DNA of 64,000 nt from Gemmatimonadales bacterium (GCA_050183815.1 JBFXAY010000004.1:976-64975); one strand, 5' to 3'. Positions 1 to 9,140 are shown, counted from the first letter of the stretch. A program made the numbers and translations. Notes: a model not told the origin generated them from the letters alone.

Positions 1-74
1 GTCCCCGCCGAGCCGCACCCTGCCACCAGGACGCCGGCCAGTACTCCCGTTACCGCACGAACCGCGACGCGCAT
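1..74 (-). CDS. Lipoprotein, N-terminal fragment only (the gene runs off the left edge)
   Basis: The reverse complement of 1-74 reads ATG then MRVAVRAVTGVLAGVLVAGCGSAG. This has a basic N-terminus, a hydrophobic core and a VAGC lipobox. A GGAGGG Shine-Dalgarno-like motif (reverse complement of 82-87) lies 7 nt upstream. It sits directly downstream of the cytochrome c gene on the same strand. Confidence 0.45.
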   Translation of the reverse strand, partial: MRVAVRAVTGVLAGVLVAGCGSAG

Positions 75-100
75 GTCCAATCCCTCCTCGCCTCTTCGGG

Positions 101-586
101 TCACTTCAGGATGACGGTACCTGTCGCCTGAGTGCGCAGGTACTCGACGATGGCGCGAGCCTCCTCGACGGCGATGCCCTGGTTGGCCATCATCGTCATG
201 TGCTCCGCCAGCAGTTGTTTCCCGACCGGGTGGCGCTCGACCATCTCGTTCGGGTTCATGATCATGTTCATGATGAAGGTCGGCGATCGGCGCGTGGTCA
301 CCTCGCCGAGGGCGGGACCGACGTACTTCTCGCCCATCTTGTGGCACGCCGTGCACTTCACCTCGAAGGCGGCCTTGCCCTGATCGGCCAGCACCTGATC
401 GAGCGGCCCGAGTTCCACGACCGACGTGACCGGACCGATCCCGTGTTCGAGTTGGAAGGAGGTCAGGTCGCTGCCCGGGGCCGGCGGCGCCGGCGGTGTG
501 CCCGACGCCGGCTTCTCGCCGCCACAGCCGAACGCCAGCAGAGCCGTCGCCAGAAGTGCCGCTGCCGAGAACGATGGCCGTCGCAT
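101..586 (-). CDS. Exported c-type cytochrome (mono-heme, lipoprotein-type signal)
   Basis: 161-aa ORF. The signal peptide ends in an LAFGC lipobox. It has a single CXXCH heme-binding motif (CTACH) and a Met-rich distal region (MNMIMNPNEM) that could supply the axial Met. Confidence 0.8.
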   Translation of the reverse strand: MRRPSFSAAALLATALLAFGCGGEKPASGTPPAPPAPGSDLTSFQLEHGIGPVTSVVELGPLDQVLADQGKAAFEVKCTACHKMGEKYVGPALGEVTTRRSPTFIMNMIMNPNEMVERHPVGKQLLAEHMTMMANQGIAVEEARAIVEYLRTQATGTVILK

Positions 587-680
587 CTCACGTGCTCCTT
601 CGATTGGGGGGTCAAAGCGGGGCGAGCCGAACCGCGTCGCCTGGGTGGGATGCTACCGGATCCACGCCTCCAAGACCGTG

Positions 681-779
681 AAAACAAGATGAGGAAATCA
701 TCAGACATGCAACAAAATCAATGACTTGCGCCTATTAAATATCATATTATCATGGTGTTATCGTATTTTGGATCGTGTG
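681..779. promoter_or_regulatory. AT-rich divergent promoter/operator region between the cytochrome c and Rrf2 genes
   Basis: A sharp local drop in GC in an otherwise GC-rich window. Three TATC-containing repeats (aTATCAt 739-745, tTATCAt 747-753, tTATCGt 758-764) lie immediately upstream of the Rrf2 start at 780. No transcription start site is known. Confidence 0.3.
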
Positions 780-1226
780 ATGGCCCTCCTCTCCCAAACC
801 GCCGAATACGCCCTCCAGGCCGCCACGCTCCTGGCGCAACAGGACGGCGCCGTCGTCGAGGTCGGCCTCCTCGCCGACACCCTCGGCGTTCCCCGCAACT
901 ACCTGTCAAAAACCCTTTCGCAACTCGTCCGTGCCGGCGTGCTCGAGTCCGTCCGCGGCAAACGGGGCGGGTTCCGGCTCGCCCGCTCCGCCCGCGACAT
1001 CACGCTGCTGCAGGTCGTCGAGCCGTTCGATCGCCTGACCGAAACCGGCCGCTGTCTCCTCGGCCAGCTGGTCTGCAGCGATCGGCTGCCCTGCGCAGCG
1101 CACCACCAGTGGAAGGAACTCAAGGAACGCTTCATCCGATTCTTCCGCCGGACGACGCTCGCCGAGATGGCCCGGGGTCAGACCCGGTGGCCGAACACCG
1201 GGGCGCTGACGGGAATCGGTCGCTGA
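780..1226 (+). CDS. Rrf2-family transcriptional regulator, Fe-S cluster-binding type (IscR/NsrR-like)
   Basis: Start chosen at the internal Met (MALLSQTAEYALQA), the typical Rrf2 N-terminus. Winged-helix region VPRNYLSKTLSQLVRAGVLESVRGKRGGFRLA. Three-Cys cluster C-x6-C-x5-C (CLLGQLVCSDRLPC). Confidence 0.85.
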   Translation: MALLSQTAEYALQAATLLAQQDGAVVEVGLLADTLGVPRNYLSKTLSQLVRAGVLESVRGKRGGFRLARSARDITLLQVVEPFDRLTETGRCLLGQLVCSDRLPCAAHHQWKELKERFIRFFRRTTLAEMARGQTRWPNTGALTGIGR

Positions 1227-1271
1227 CCGCGCGGTAGCCGGGCTCGCCCGGGCGCCCCATATTCCCTCTTC

Positions 1272-2456
1272 ATGAAGACCATCTCTCTCCTGGCCACCGG
1301 GCTCGCGATCCTCGCCTCGCCGGGACGGGTCGCCACCCCGCCGCCGGAGTGGACCGGCCCGGTCGGCAGCAGCAAGCCGAGCCTGGTGGCCACCCGGAAC
1401 GGCGAACTGCTCGTGACCTGGCTCGAGCCGGCGGCCACCGGCTACACGCTCCGCCTCGCCGCCACCGAAAAAGGCGTCTGGGGCGCCCCGGTGACGGTGA
1501 CGCAGAGCGGCCGCCTCTTCGTCAACTGGGCCGACTTCCCCTCGGTCACCGAGACCTCGACCGGAACGATCGTCGTCCACTGGCTGGAAAAGACGGAAGC
1601 CAAGCCGTACGCCTATCACGTGCGGCTCTCGACGTCCGCGGATCGCGGGCGCACCTGGAGCGCACCGGTCACGGCCCACCAGGACCTCTCGCCGACGGAA
1701 CACGGCTTCGTGAGCCTGGTGCCCAACCGCGACGGCTCGGTCTCGGTAGGCTGGCTCGACGGCGGCGCGATGACCGATCACAACGGCTCGATGTCCGCCC
1801 GGATGGCGGTGCTGCAACCGGACGGCACCATGACCGGCGAAACGGTGCTCGATGCCCGCACCTGCGAATGCTGCCAGCTGTCGATGGCCATGGCCCGGTC
1901 GGGCCTGGTCGTCGCCTACCGGGATCGCTCGGAGGAAGAGGTGCGGGACATTGCCGTCGTCCGCCAGGTCAACGGGAAATGGACCGATCCCCAGCCGGTC
2001 CATCGCGACAACTGGGTCTGGAAGGCCTGCCCGGTCAACGGCCCGTCGATCGCCGCCGCGGGCGATCAGGTCGCGGTCACCTGGTACACCGCCGCCGGGG
2101 GCCGGCCGACGGTCAAGGCCGCGTTCTCGGCGAACGGCGGCGCGTCGTTCGGGACGCCGGTCGTCATCGACCAGGGAAGCCCCCTCGGCCGGCAACAGCT
2201 CCAGCTCCTCGACGCCGGCCGTGCCGCCGTCGTCTGGCTCGAGCTGGCCGGGGATGAAGCCGAGTGGAAGGTGAGAACGGTGGACACCAGAGGGACGGCC
2301 GGTTCGCCGCGGACGATCGGCAACACCAGCCGGGCGCGTGACTCCGGGTTCCCGAGAACGGCCCTCCTCGGCACCGACCTCTTCGTGGCGTGGGCGGAGC
2401 CGGGCCCGACGCCCAGGGAAAGCCGGGTGCGGGTCTCCCGTCTGCCGATGCGGTAG
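1272..2456 (+). CDS. Exported BNR/Asp-box repeat (sialidase-like beta-propeller) protein
   Basis: 394-aa ORF with a signal peptide (MKTISLLATGLAILA). One canonical Asp-box (SADRGRTWS) and a degenerate one (SANGGASFG). High GC3. Confidence 0.65.
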   Translation: MKTISLLATGLAILASPGRVATPPPEWTGPVGSSKPSLVATRNGELLVTWLEPAATGYTLRLAATEKGVWGAPVTVTQSGRLFVNWADFPSVTETSTGTIVVHWLEKTEAKPYAYHVRLSTSADRGRTWSAPVTAHQDLSPTEHGFVSLVPNRDGSVSVGWLDGGAMTDHNGSMSARMAVLQPDGTMTGETVLDARTCECCQLSMAMARSGLVVAYRDRSEEEVRDIAVVRQVNGKWTDPQPVHRDNWVWKACPVNGPSIAAAGDQVAVTWYTAAGGRPTVKAAFSANGGASFGTPVVIDQGSPLGRQQLQLLDAGRAAVVWLELAGDEAEWKVRTVDTRGTAGSPRTIGNTSRARDSGFPRTALLGTDLFVAWAEPGPTPRESRVRVSRLPMR

Positions 2457-2479
2457 CGGACCACCAAGGGCCGGATGCG

Positions 2480-2509
2480 AAAAGGGATCCCCCGGCGGGG
2501 ATCCCTTTT
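2480..2509. terminator. Bidirectional intrinsic terminator between convergent genes
   Basis: AAAA-GGGATCCCC-cggc-GGGGATCCC-TTTT. A perfect 9-bp GC-rich stem flanked by an A-tract and a T-tract, lying between the convergent BNR and OMP genes. Confidence 0.7.
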
Positions 2510-2537
2510 GCTTGGCGGACCAGCCGGTCCGACCCGG

Positions 2538-3197
2538 CTAGAGCCCGGTCAACGGAATCCGCACCCCCATCGTGACCCGGATGTCCCGCTGGGTCAGCGC
2601 CTGCGTCTCCCCGGCGGGCTGGGTCCCGGTTGCCGCGACGTGGAAACTGGCGTTGTAGAGGAAGACGTCGGCTCCGATGGTCAGCGAGGCCCGGCGGCTC
2701 ATCCGGAAGCCCACCACCGAACCGAAGACCGCGCCCGCGCTGGTCTTGTCGGAGATGGCCGTCTGAACACCCGGCGTCCGCTGCGAGAAGCTCCGCTTCA
2801 GGGCGGCGACCCCGCCGTTGACCGTGATCCACATCGGTTCGATCGGCTGCTTGAGACGAAACGATACCCGTCCCGTCATCGTGAGGACGGAGGCATCGGT
2901 ACCCGATGGCGCCGCCAGGGTACTCACCTTCAGGCCGCTCTTCCCGGAGGCGATATCCGCCTCGAGTTCAATCAGCGGCGTGAGACCGAATCCGATCCGG
3001 GCGCCGACCAGCCCGTAGATCGCCTGCTTCTCCTGATCGAGCCCCGCCTGCAAGCCCGGCCGCAGCAGCAGGTCCCGCCCCGGATCCGCGGCCCCAAGAA
3101 AGGGGGTGATCGAAAAGCCCGCCTTGGCCTGCGCGGAGGCGATCCCCGGCCAGGCGAGAAGCGACACCAGTACGACGACCCGCATCCGGCGCGCCAT
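2538..3197 (-). CDS. Outer-membrane beta-barrel protein (OmpW/porin-like)
   Basis: Signal peptide MARRMRVVVLVSLLAWPGIASAQA. Alternating hydrophobic beta-strand pattern and Gly/Ser/Thr-rich loops. Start set at the second ATG (3197), which has GGAG 5 nt upstream. The ORF-track start is 3212. Confidence 0.55.
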   Translation of the reverse strand: MARRMRVVVLVSLLAWPGIASAQAKAGFSITPFLGAADPGRDLLLRPGLQAGLDQEKQAIYGLVGARIGFGLTPLIELEADIASGKSGLKVSTLAAPSGTDASVLTMTGRVSFRLKQPIEPMWITVNGGVAALKRSFSQRTPGVQTAISDKTSAGAVFGSVVGFRMSRRASLTIGADVFLYNASFHVAATGTQPAGETQALTQRDIRVTMGVRIPLTGL

Positions 3198-3289
3198 AGG
3201 AACTCCGCTCATTGAGAGACCGTTAGTTTAGGGATCCGGCCAGTGCCTGACAACCACGGCATTGGTATGAGACTATCTTCGACCCTCGA

Positions 3290-4114
3290 ATGACACGCCA
3301 TTCAACCGGCCCCACGACGTGGGAACCGTACCCGAATGAAACGGGTGGGGCCGTCCGCCTCCTGGTCCGGCATCGGGTCCTGAGTCCGGAACTCCGGAAT
3401 TTCCGGGACGTCATCGTCGCTCTGCCGCCGGACTATGACGAGACCGACCGCCGCTACCCGGTCGTCTACATGCAGGACGGCCAGAATCTGTTCGACCCGG
3501 CCACCGCCTACGCGGGCGACTGGCGCCTCACCGCTACCCTGTCCGACCTGGGCGAGCGAGGGTTCGAGGCCATCGTCGTCGGGATCCCCAACGCCGGCGT
3601 CCACCGCCTTCGGGAGTACAGCCCCTTCGCCGACCGCCGGCGGGGTGGCGGCCAGGGCGACCGCTACGTCCGGTTCATCACCGACACGCTCAAGCCGATG
3701 GTGGACCGGGCCTTCCGGACCGACCCCTCACGGGCGGCCACCTCGATTGCCGGCTCCTCGATGGGCGGCCTGATCAGCCTGTACGCGCTGTTCCGGCGGT
3801 CCGACGTGTTCGGGGCCGCGGCCGCCCTGAGCCCCTCGCTCTGGTTTGCCAACCGGGCAATCATGACCTGGCTCGCCGAGATCCGGCACTACCGCCCCGG
3901 CCGCCTCTACGTCGACATCGGCCTCGACGAGCCGGACAGCGCCGTGGCGGACGTCCGGGCGCTCCGGACCCTGCTGACCGGGCTCCGCCCCCGCGCCGGG
4001 GTGTTCGAGTTCGACTTCGTCGAGGACGAGGCCGGCGCCCACGACGAGGCCACGTGGGGCCGCCGGGTCACCCGGGCCCTGCCCTTCCTTCTCGGGGTGG
4101 ACCCGGCCGACTGA
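3290..4114 (+). CDS. Alpha/beta hydrolase of the 'putative esterase' family (esterase D / enterochelin esterase-like)
   Basis: 274-aa ORF with YPVVYMQDGQNLFD, a GSSMGG nucleophile elbow, and a C-terminal His region (EAGAHDE). Confidence 0.7.
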   Translation: MTRHSTGPTTWEPYPNETGGAVRLLVRHRVLSPELRNFRDVIVALPPDYDETDRRYPVVYMQDGQNLFDPATAYAGDWRLTATLSDLGERGFEAIVVGIPNAGVHRLREYSPFADRRRGGGQGDRYVRFITDTLKPMVDRAFRTDPSRAATSIAGSSMGGLISLYALFRRSDVFGAAAALSPSLWFANRAIMTWLAEIRHYRPGRLYVDIGLDEPDSAVADVRALRTLLTGLRPRAGVFEFDFVEDEAGAHDEATWGRRVTRALPFLLGVDPAD

Positions 4115-4234
4115 TCCCCACGGTCAGCGCGGGTCACGACAGAGGCGATTCCTCTTCCCGACCACGGAGAGGGGACCTACATTCGCGGAGGGCCGATCGG
4201 CCCGGATTCCGCATCCCAAGGCTCAGGAAAAGGC

Positions 4235-5188
4235 ATGTCTGACGTCAAGAAGGTCGGACTGATCGTCGGTCGGGAATGGAGCTGGCCGCCGGCGTTCATC
4301 GAGGAAGTAAACAGCCGGAACGAAGGGGTCGTGGCCGAATACGTGAAGCTCGGCGCGCCCACCATGAACGACCCCGCGCAGTACCGGGTCATCATCGACC
4401 GGATCTCGCACGAGGTCCCGTTCTACCGGGTTTTTCTGAAGCACGCGGTGCTCCGCGGCGTGACGGTCGTCAACAATCCGTTCATGTGGACGGCCGACGA
4501 CAAGTTCTTCGGCGCCACGCTGGCCACGTCCCTCGGCCTTGCCAGCCCGAAGACGGTGCTCCTGCCCAACAAGGAGTACGTTCCCGGCATCGTTCACTCC
4601 GAAAGCCTCCGGAACCTGGCCTTCCCGCTCGACTGGCAGGCCGTCGTCGAGTACGTGGGCCTGCCCTGCATCCTCAAGGACGCGCACGGCGGCGGCTGGA
4701 AGGAGGTCTACGTCTGCCGGAGCCTCGAGGAGCTGCTTCACAACTACGACCGGTCCGGGCTCCTCACGATGATCGTGCAGGAGTTCATCGAGTGGGACGA
4801 GTTCGTTCGCTGCCTCTGCATCGGACAGGATACGATCTACCCGATCAAGTACGATCCCAAGGCGCGGAAATACCACGCGGAGCTGGATTTCCTGCCGAAG
4901 GCGCTGCATGACCGGGTGGTGGCGGACTCGCTGACCCTGGTCCGGGCGCTGGGCTACGACATGAACTCGATGGAATGGGCCATCCGCGACGGGATCCCGT
5001 ACGCGATCGACTTCATGAATCCGGCGCCGGACATGGACATCTACTCGCTGACGCCGACCCACTTCGAGTGGGTCGTCAAGGCGATGGCCGACATGGCCAT
5101 CCGCCTCGCCAAGGCGCCGCCGGCCACACCCCGACCTTCCTGGGAGGCGTTTCTCCAGGGCCGTCCCGTGCGGCCCGGCCCGGTATGA
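4235..5188 (+). CDS. ATP-grasp family ligase (RimK/glutathione synthetase-like fold)
   Basis: 317-aa ORF. Layout typical of ATP-grasp enzymes (LGLASPKTVLL ... GLPCILKDAHGGGWKEVYVC ... MIVQEFIE ... NSMEWAI ... IDFMNPAPD). Its TGA overlaps the next ATG (ATGA at 5185-5188). Confidence 0.7.
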   Translation: MSDVKKVGLIVGREWSWPPAFIEEVNSRNEGVVAEYVKLGAPTMNDPAQYRVIIDRISHEVPFYRVFLKHAVLRGVTVVNNPFMWTADDKFFGATLATSLGLASPKTVLLPNKEYVPGIVHSESLRNLAFPLDWQAVVEYVGLPCILKDAHGGGWKEVYVCRSLEELLHNYDRSGLLTMIVQEFIEWDEFVRCLCIGQDTIYPIKYDPKARKYHAELDFLPKALHDRVVADSLTLVRALGYDMNSMEWAIRDGIPYAIDFMNPAPDMDIYSLTPTHFEWVVKAMADMAIRLAKAPPATPRPSWEAFLQGRPVRPGPV

Positions 5189-6531
5189 CGGTTGCCGCCA
5201 TCGAGTCCTGGCACGAGTCCCTCGCCGACCCGGTCGGCGGGGAATCGGGTGAGTGGCTCCACAGCGAACTGGCCAAGCGGGGCCTCATGTTCGGCGAGCG
5301 CCCGCTCTGTACGGTCCTCCGCCCGCGGTTCCTGAGCCATCAGCAGTACGACACCATGCGCCGCACCATCCGGGTGCTGCTCAAGGCGTTCGATGCCGCC
5401 CTCTCGGCGGCGCTGGCCGACCCGAAGGTGATGGACCAGTTCCATCTCGAGGACTGGGAGCGGACCCTCGTTCTCGAGGATCCGGGTTACGAGGCGTCGC
5501 CGTTGTCGCGGCTCGACGCGTTCTTCTCCGACGACGGCGAACTTCGGTTCACCGAGTACAACGCCGAAACGCCGGCGGGGTCGGGGTACAACGACGCGCT
5601 GACCGAGCTCTTCCTGGCGCTTCCGGCCATGCGGGACTTCCGGCGCCGCTACGTGCTCTCGCCGCTCCCGGCCCGCTACAACGTGCTGCACTCGCTGCTG
5701 CGGTCCCATCGACTGGCCACCGGCAGCCGCGACCGTCCCACGATCGCGATCCTCGACTGGCGCGAGGTCCCGACCCAGAGCGAGTTCCGGATCTTCCACG
5801 ACTATTTCCGGTCGATGGGTTTCAGCTGCCTGATCGCCGACCCGCGGGACACCGAATACCGCCAGGGCGCCCTGTACGCCGCCGGCACCAAAGTCGACGT
5901 CATCTACAAGCGCGTCCTGATCAACGAACTGGTCAAGCACGGCGGACTCGACCACCCGGTCGTTCGCGCGGTGCGGGACCGGGCCGTCTGCATGGTGAAC
6001 CCGTTCCGCTGCAAGGTGCTCCACAAGAAGGCGAGCCTGGCCGTCCTGTCCGACGAACGCAACCAGCACCTCTATTCGGCCGACCAGCGCCTCGTGATCG
6101 AGCGCTACGTTCCGTGGACCCGAGTCGTGGCGGAGCGCCGGACGGAAATCGAGGGACGGGAGATCGACCTGGTCCCCTTCCTCGCGGCCAATCGCGACCA
6201 GCTGGTCCTCAAGCCCAACGACGATTATGGCGGCGCCGGCGTGGTGCTGGGCTGGGAAGCCGGGCAGACGGAATGGGAGTCCGCCATCAGGAAGGCGCTG
6301 GCGGAGCCGCACATCGTGCAGCGACGGATCAGCCTGCCCAACGAGTTGTTCCCGAGCCTGGTGGACGGGAAGGTCGTGTACGCGGAACGGATCGTCGACA
6401 CCGCGCCGATGTGCCTCGAGGGCGCGTTCGTGGACAGCGTCCTCACCCGGGTCTCCACCGCCAATCTGGTCAACGTGACCGCGGGCGGCGGCTCCACGAT
6501 CCCCACCTTTCTGGTCGAGCCGCGGCTCTAA
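5185..6531 (+). CDS. Glutathionylspermidine-synthase-like / circularly permuted ATP-grasp amidoligase
   Basis: Start at the internal ATG 5185 (MTVAAIESWHESL), translationally coupled to the upstream gene. Contains LSRLDAFFSDDGELRFTEYNAETPAGSGYNDAL and LVLKPNDDYGGAGVVLGWE, which I recognise as this amidoligase family. The upstream 70 codons of the tracked ORF overlap the previous gene. Confidence 0.6.
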   Translation: MTVAAIESWHESLADPVGGESGEWLHSELAKRGLMFGERPLCTVLRPRFLSHQQYDTMRRTIRVLLKAFDAALSAALADPKVMDQFHLEDWERTLVLEDPGYEASPLSRLDAFFSDDGELRFTEYNAETPAGSGYNDALTELFLALPAMRDFRRRYVLSPLPARYNVLHSLLRSHRLATGSRDRPTIAILDWREVPTQSEFRIFHDYFRSMGFSCLIADPRDTEYRQGALYAAGTKVDVIYKRVLINELVKHGGLDHPVVRAVRDRAVCMVNPFRCKVLHKKASLAVLSDERNQHLYSADQRLVIERYVPWTRVVAERRTEIEGREIDLVPFLAANRDQLVLKPNDDYGGAGVVLGWEAGQTEWESAIRKALAEPHIVQRRISLPNELFPSLVDGKVVYAERIVDTAPMCLEGAFVDSVLTRVSTANLVNVTAGGGSTIPTFLVEPRL

Positions 6532-6563
6532 CACCCGCGTCTGTCCCCCGCACCGAGGAGCCG

Positions 6564-7670
6564 ATGAAAGCACCGAGCCTGACGATCGGGATCGAGGAGG
6601 AGTATCAGATCATCGATCCCGAGACCCGGGAACTGCGGTCGTACATCACCGAGATCCTCAAGGAGGAATCGGTCGTCCTCGGGGAGATCAAGCCGGAACT
6701 GCACCAGTCGATGGTCGAAGTCGGCACCAAGGTCTGCCACACGCCGGCCGAGGCGCGGGCGGAGCTGGTCCGGCTCCGGCGAATGGTGATGGAGCTGGCG
6801 GCCCGGAGCGGGCTCAAGGTCGTCGCGGCCGGCAGCCATCCGTTCTCGAACTGGATGCAGCAGGAGATCACCCCGCTCGAGCGCTACCTCGGCGTGCGCG
6901 AGGATCTTCAGGATCTCGCCCAGCGGCTCCTCATCTTCGGGACCCACGTCCACGTCGGGATCGAGGATCCGGAATTCCGGATCGAGGCGATGAACGCGGC
7001 CCGCTACATGATGCCGCATCTCCTCTGCCTCTCGACCAGTTCGCCCTTCTGGCTGGGCCGGAAGACCGGCCTCAAGTCGTACCGGACGATCGTCTTCCGG
7101 AGTTTTCCGCGGACCGGCATTCCCCGGCAGATCACCGGATGGAGCGAATTCGAGGCCACCGTCAACACGCTGGTCGAGACGGGCAGCATCCCCAACGCCT
7201 CGAAGATCTGGTGGGATGTCCGTCCGAGCTGGAGCTATCCGACGCTCGAGATGCGGATCTGCGACGTCTGTACCCGGGTCGACGAGGCGGTCTGCATCGC
7301 CGCATTGTTCCAGGCGATCGTCGCCAAGATCTGGCGGCTCCGGCGCGATAATCTCGGCTGGCGGCAATATCCCGCGGCCCTGATCGAAGAGAACAAGTGG
7401 CGGGCCTGCCGCTATGGGCTCGACGGCCAGTTGATCGACTTCGGGAAGAGCCAGCAGTTCCCGGCCCGGGCCCTCATCCGCGAGCTGGTGGAGTGGTTCA
7501 TCGACGATGTGGTGGACGAGCTCGGCAGCCGCAAGGAGATCGAGTACGCCTTCAAGATCCTCGATGAAGGCACCAGCGCCGACCGGCAGCTGGCCGCCTT
7601 CGAGCGGACCGGGGACCTCAAGGCGGTGGTGGATCAGCTGATCCGGGAGACCGAGGAGGGGGTCGTCTGA
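6564..7670 (+). CDS. Carboxylate-amine ligase, glutamate-cysteine ligase family 2 (YbdK-like)
   Basis: Start at the internal ATG 6564. The N-terminus LTIGIEEEYQIIDPETREL and FGTHVHVGIED are hallmark GCS2/YbdK motifs. 368 aa. Confidence 0.85.
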   Translation: MKAPSLTIGIEEEYQIIDPETRELRSYITEILKEESVVLGEIKPELHQSMVEVGTKVCHTPAEARAELVRLRRMVMELAARSGLKVVAAGSHPFSNWMQQEITPLERYLGVREDLQDLAQRLLIFGTHVHVGIEDPEFRIEAMNAARYMMPHLLCLSTSSPFWLGRKTGLKSYRTIVFRSFPRTGIPRQITGWSEFEATVNTLVETGSIPNASKIWWDVRPSWSYPTLEMRICDVCTRVDEAVCIAALFQAIVAKIWRLRRDNLGWRQYPAALIEENKWRACRYGLDGQLIDFGKSQQFPARALIRELVEWFIDDVVDELGSRKEIEYAFKILDEGTSADRQLAAFERTGDLKAVVDQLIRETEEGVV

Positions 7671-7737
7671 CGGTTGGCCCGGGGATTGCGGCCGGGGGAA
7701 CCAGTCAGCGATTTTTCGCGTTGGAGAGAACGTGACC

Positions 7738-8508
7738 ATGCGCTCAAGAGGACGCCCCGTCATCGGGGTCACTACCCAGACGCTTCAGGCCATCGACGGC
7801 ATCCCGGAAGGGCTGCCCCACTCGGTAGTCATGAACCAGCGTTACTACATCTCGGTCACTCTGGTCGGGGCCGCGCCGCTGCTGATCCCGTTGCTCGACG
7901 ACGAGCCGGAAGCGTTGCGGGCCGTCTACGAGCGGTGCGACGGCCTGCTGATTCCGGGCGGCGTCGACATGAATCCGACCTGTTTCGGCGAGGAGCCGCA
8001 TCCCAAGCTGGGCCGGATCGACCCGGCCCGCGACCGGGTCGAGCTGCTGCTCACCGAGTGGGCCATCGAGGACAAGATGCCGCTGCTCGGGCTCTGCCGC
8101 GGGCTTCAGGTCATCAACGTCCACCTCGGCGGGACCCTCTACCAGGACCTCGAGTCCCAGTTCGAGAGCGCCCTCAAGCACGACTACTTCCCGAACTACG
8201 GGTTCGAGCGGGACCACCTCGCTCACGAGGTCACGCTGACCCGGGGCTCCCGGCTCCAGCATCTCCTCGAGATGGACCGAATTCAGGTCAACAGCATGCA
8301 CCACCAGGGCCTCAAGACCCTGGCCTCGGCGCTCGCCCCGACCGCGGTGGCGCCCGACGGCCTGATCGAAGCCGCCGAGGGCACCGATCCGGAGCACTTC
8401 CTGGTCGGGGTCCAGTGGCACCCGGAAGTGTTTGAGCTGACCGACCCCCACACCCGGCACCTGTTCCGGAGCTTCGTCGAAGCCGCCGACCGTTTCGGTC
8501 GTCGTTAG
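7738..8508 (+). CDS. Class I glutamine amidotransferase-like gamma-glutamyl hydrolase (peptidase C26, PuuD-like)
   Basis: VIGVTTQ ... GLLIPGGVDMNP ... nucleophile elbow LGLCRGLQVINV ... HHQG ... VGVQWHPE. An ATG at 7738 has GGAGAG 9 nt upstream; the tracked GTG start is 7732. Confidence 0.85.
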   Translation: MRSRGRPVIGVTTQTLQAIDGIPEGLPHSVVMNQRYYISVTLVGAAPLLIPLLDDEPEALRAVYERCDGLLIPGGVDMNPTCFGEEPHPKLGRIDPARDRVELLLTEWAIEDKMPLLGLCRGLQVINVHLGGTLYQDLESQFESALKHDYFPNYGFERDHLAHEVTLTRGSRLQHLLEMDRIQVNSMHHQGLKTLASALAPTAVAPDGLIEAAEGTDPEHFLVGVQWHPEVFELTDPHTRHLFRSFVEAADRFGRR

Positions 8509-8528
8509 GGTCGAACGCTTCCCCGCTG

Positions 8529-8568
8529 CCGGCCGACCGGATTTGCTCCGGTCGGCCGGTTTCGTTTT
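8529..8568 (+). terminator. Intrinsic terminator closing the amidoligase operon
   Basis: CCGGCCGACCGG-atttgct-CCGGTCGGCCGG (12-bp perfect stem) followed by TTTCGTTTT. Confidence 0.75.
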
Positions 8569-8657
8569 CCGCTGTCCTTGCGGATCCGGCGCCAGACGTC
8601 ACCTTGAGCATGGCGCGTGTCTTGCCCCTCTGCGCCACCGGCCAGTCACGCGAACCG

Positions 8658-9131
8658 ATGCCGATGTTCCCGAAACGCTCCGGGCAGCCGAGGGTTGGGT
8701 TGTCGAATTCCTTGTTTGTCACCGTGATCACGGCGCTCGCGTTTTGCGGATCGTCGGTCGCCGCGGCGCAGGTTCCTGCACTTGCGGCGTCCGTCACGTC
8801 GAGCGCGGTGATCGAATACGCGGCAAACGAAAGCGGCGGACGGATCCGGATTACCAGTCCGGCTCCAGATTCGGTGGCCGTCGAGGCCGCCCGGGCCGTC
8901 CTGTTCGAAGAAGCGGCTGCATTTCGGCGCGGGGACTTGAAGGCGTTGAAGCTGGTTCGGAACGACCTGCCGACCATGCAGATTCTGGCATCCCGTCGAG
9001 GGACGATACGGTGCACGGTCCGGCTCAACCCCCGCGGCGGCGATCTGGTACTGTTGAGCGATGACAGCGCCGTCGTGGCCGCCATCCATCAAATGCTGTC
9101 CAGCGAGCCGCCCCGAAGCGCATCCTATTAG
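8658..9131 (+). CDS. Hypothetical exported protein (no recognisable family)
   Basis: Signal-like N-terminus MPMFPKRSGQPRVGLSNSLFVTVITALAFCGSSVAAAQ. Moderate GC3. Ends 10 nt before crcB. The start is uncertain (8604, 8658 or 8664). Confidence 0.45.
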   Translation: MPMFPKRSGQPRVGLSNSLFVTVITALAFCGSSVAAAQVPALAASVTSSAVIEYAANESGGRIRITSPAPDSVAVEAARAVLFEEAAAFRRGDLKALKLVRNDLPTMQILASRRGTIRCTVRLNPRGGDLVLLSDDSAVVAAIHQMLSSEPPRSASY

Positions 9132-9140
9132 CTTCGGTTC

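Noticed and set aside
1349-2832. Overlapping plus- and minus-strand ORFs across the BNR gene and its 3' flank (1349-2257, 1852-2274, 2164-2832, 2475-3215)
   Set aside because: These are alternative-frame or antisense products of the BNR and OMP genes. They are Arg/Pro-rich, have no motifs, and conflict with the bidirectional terminator at 2480-2509.
8509-9140. Fluoride riboswitch upstream of crcB
   Set aside because: No intergenic space is available (a 10-nt gap), and no crcB-motif-like conserved core was seen by eye within the upstream ORF.
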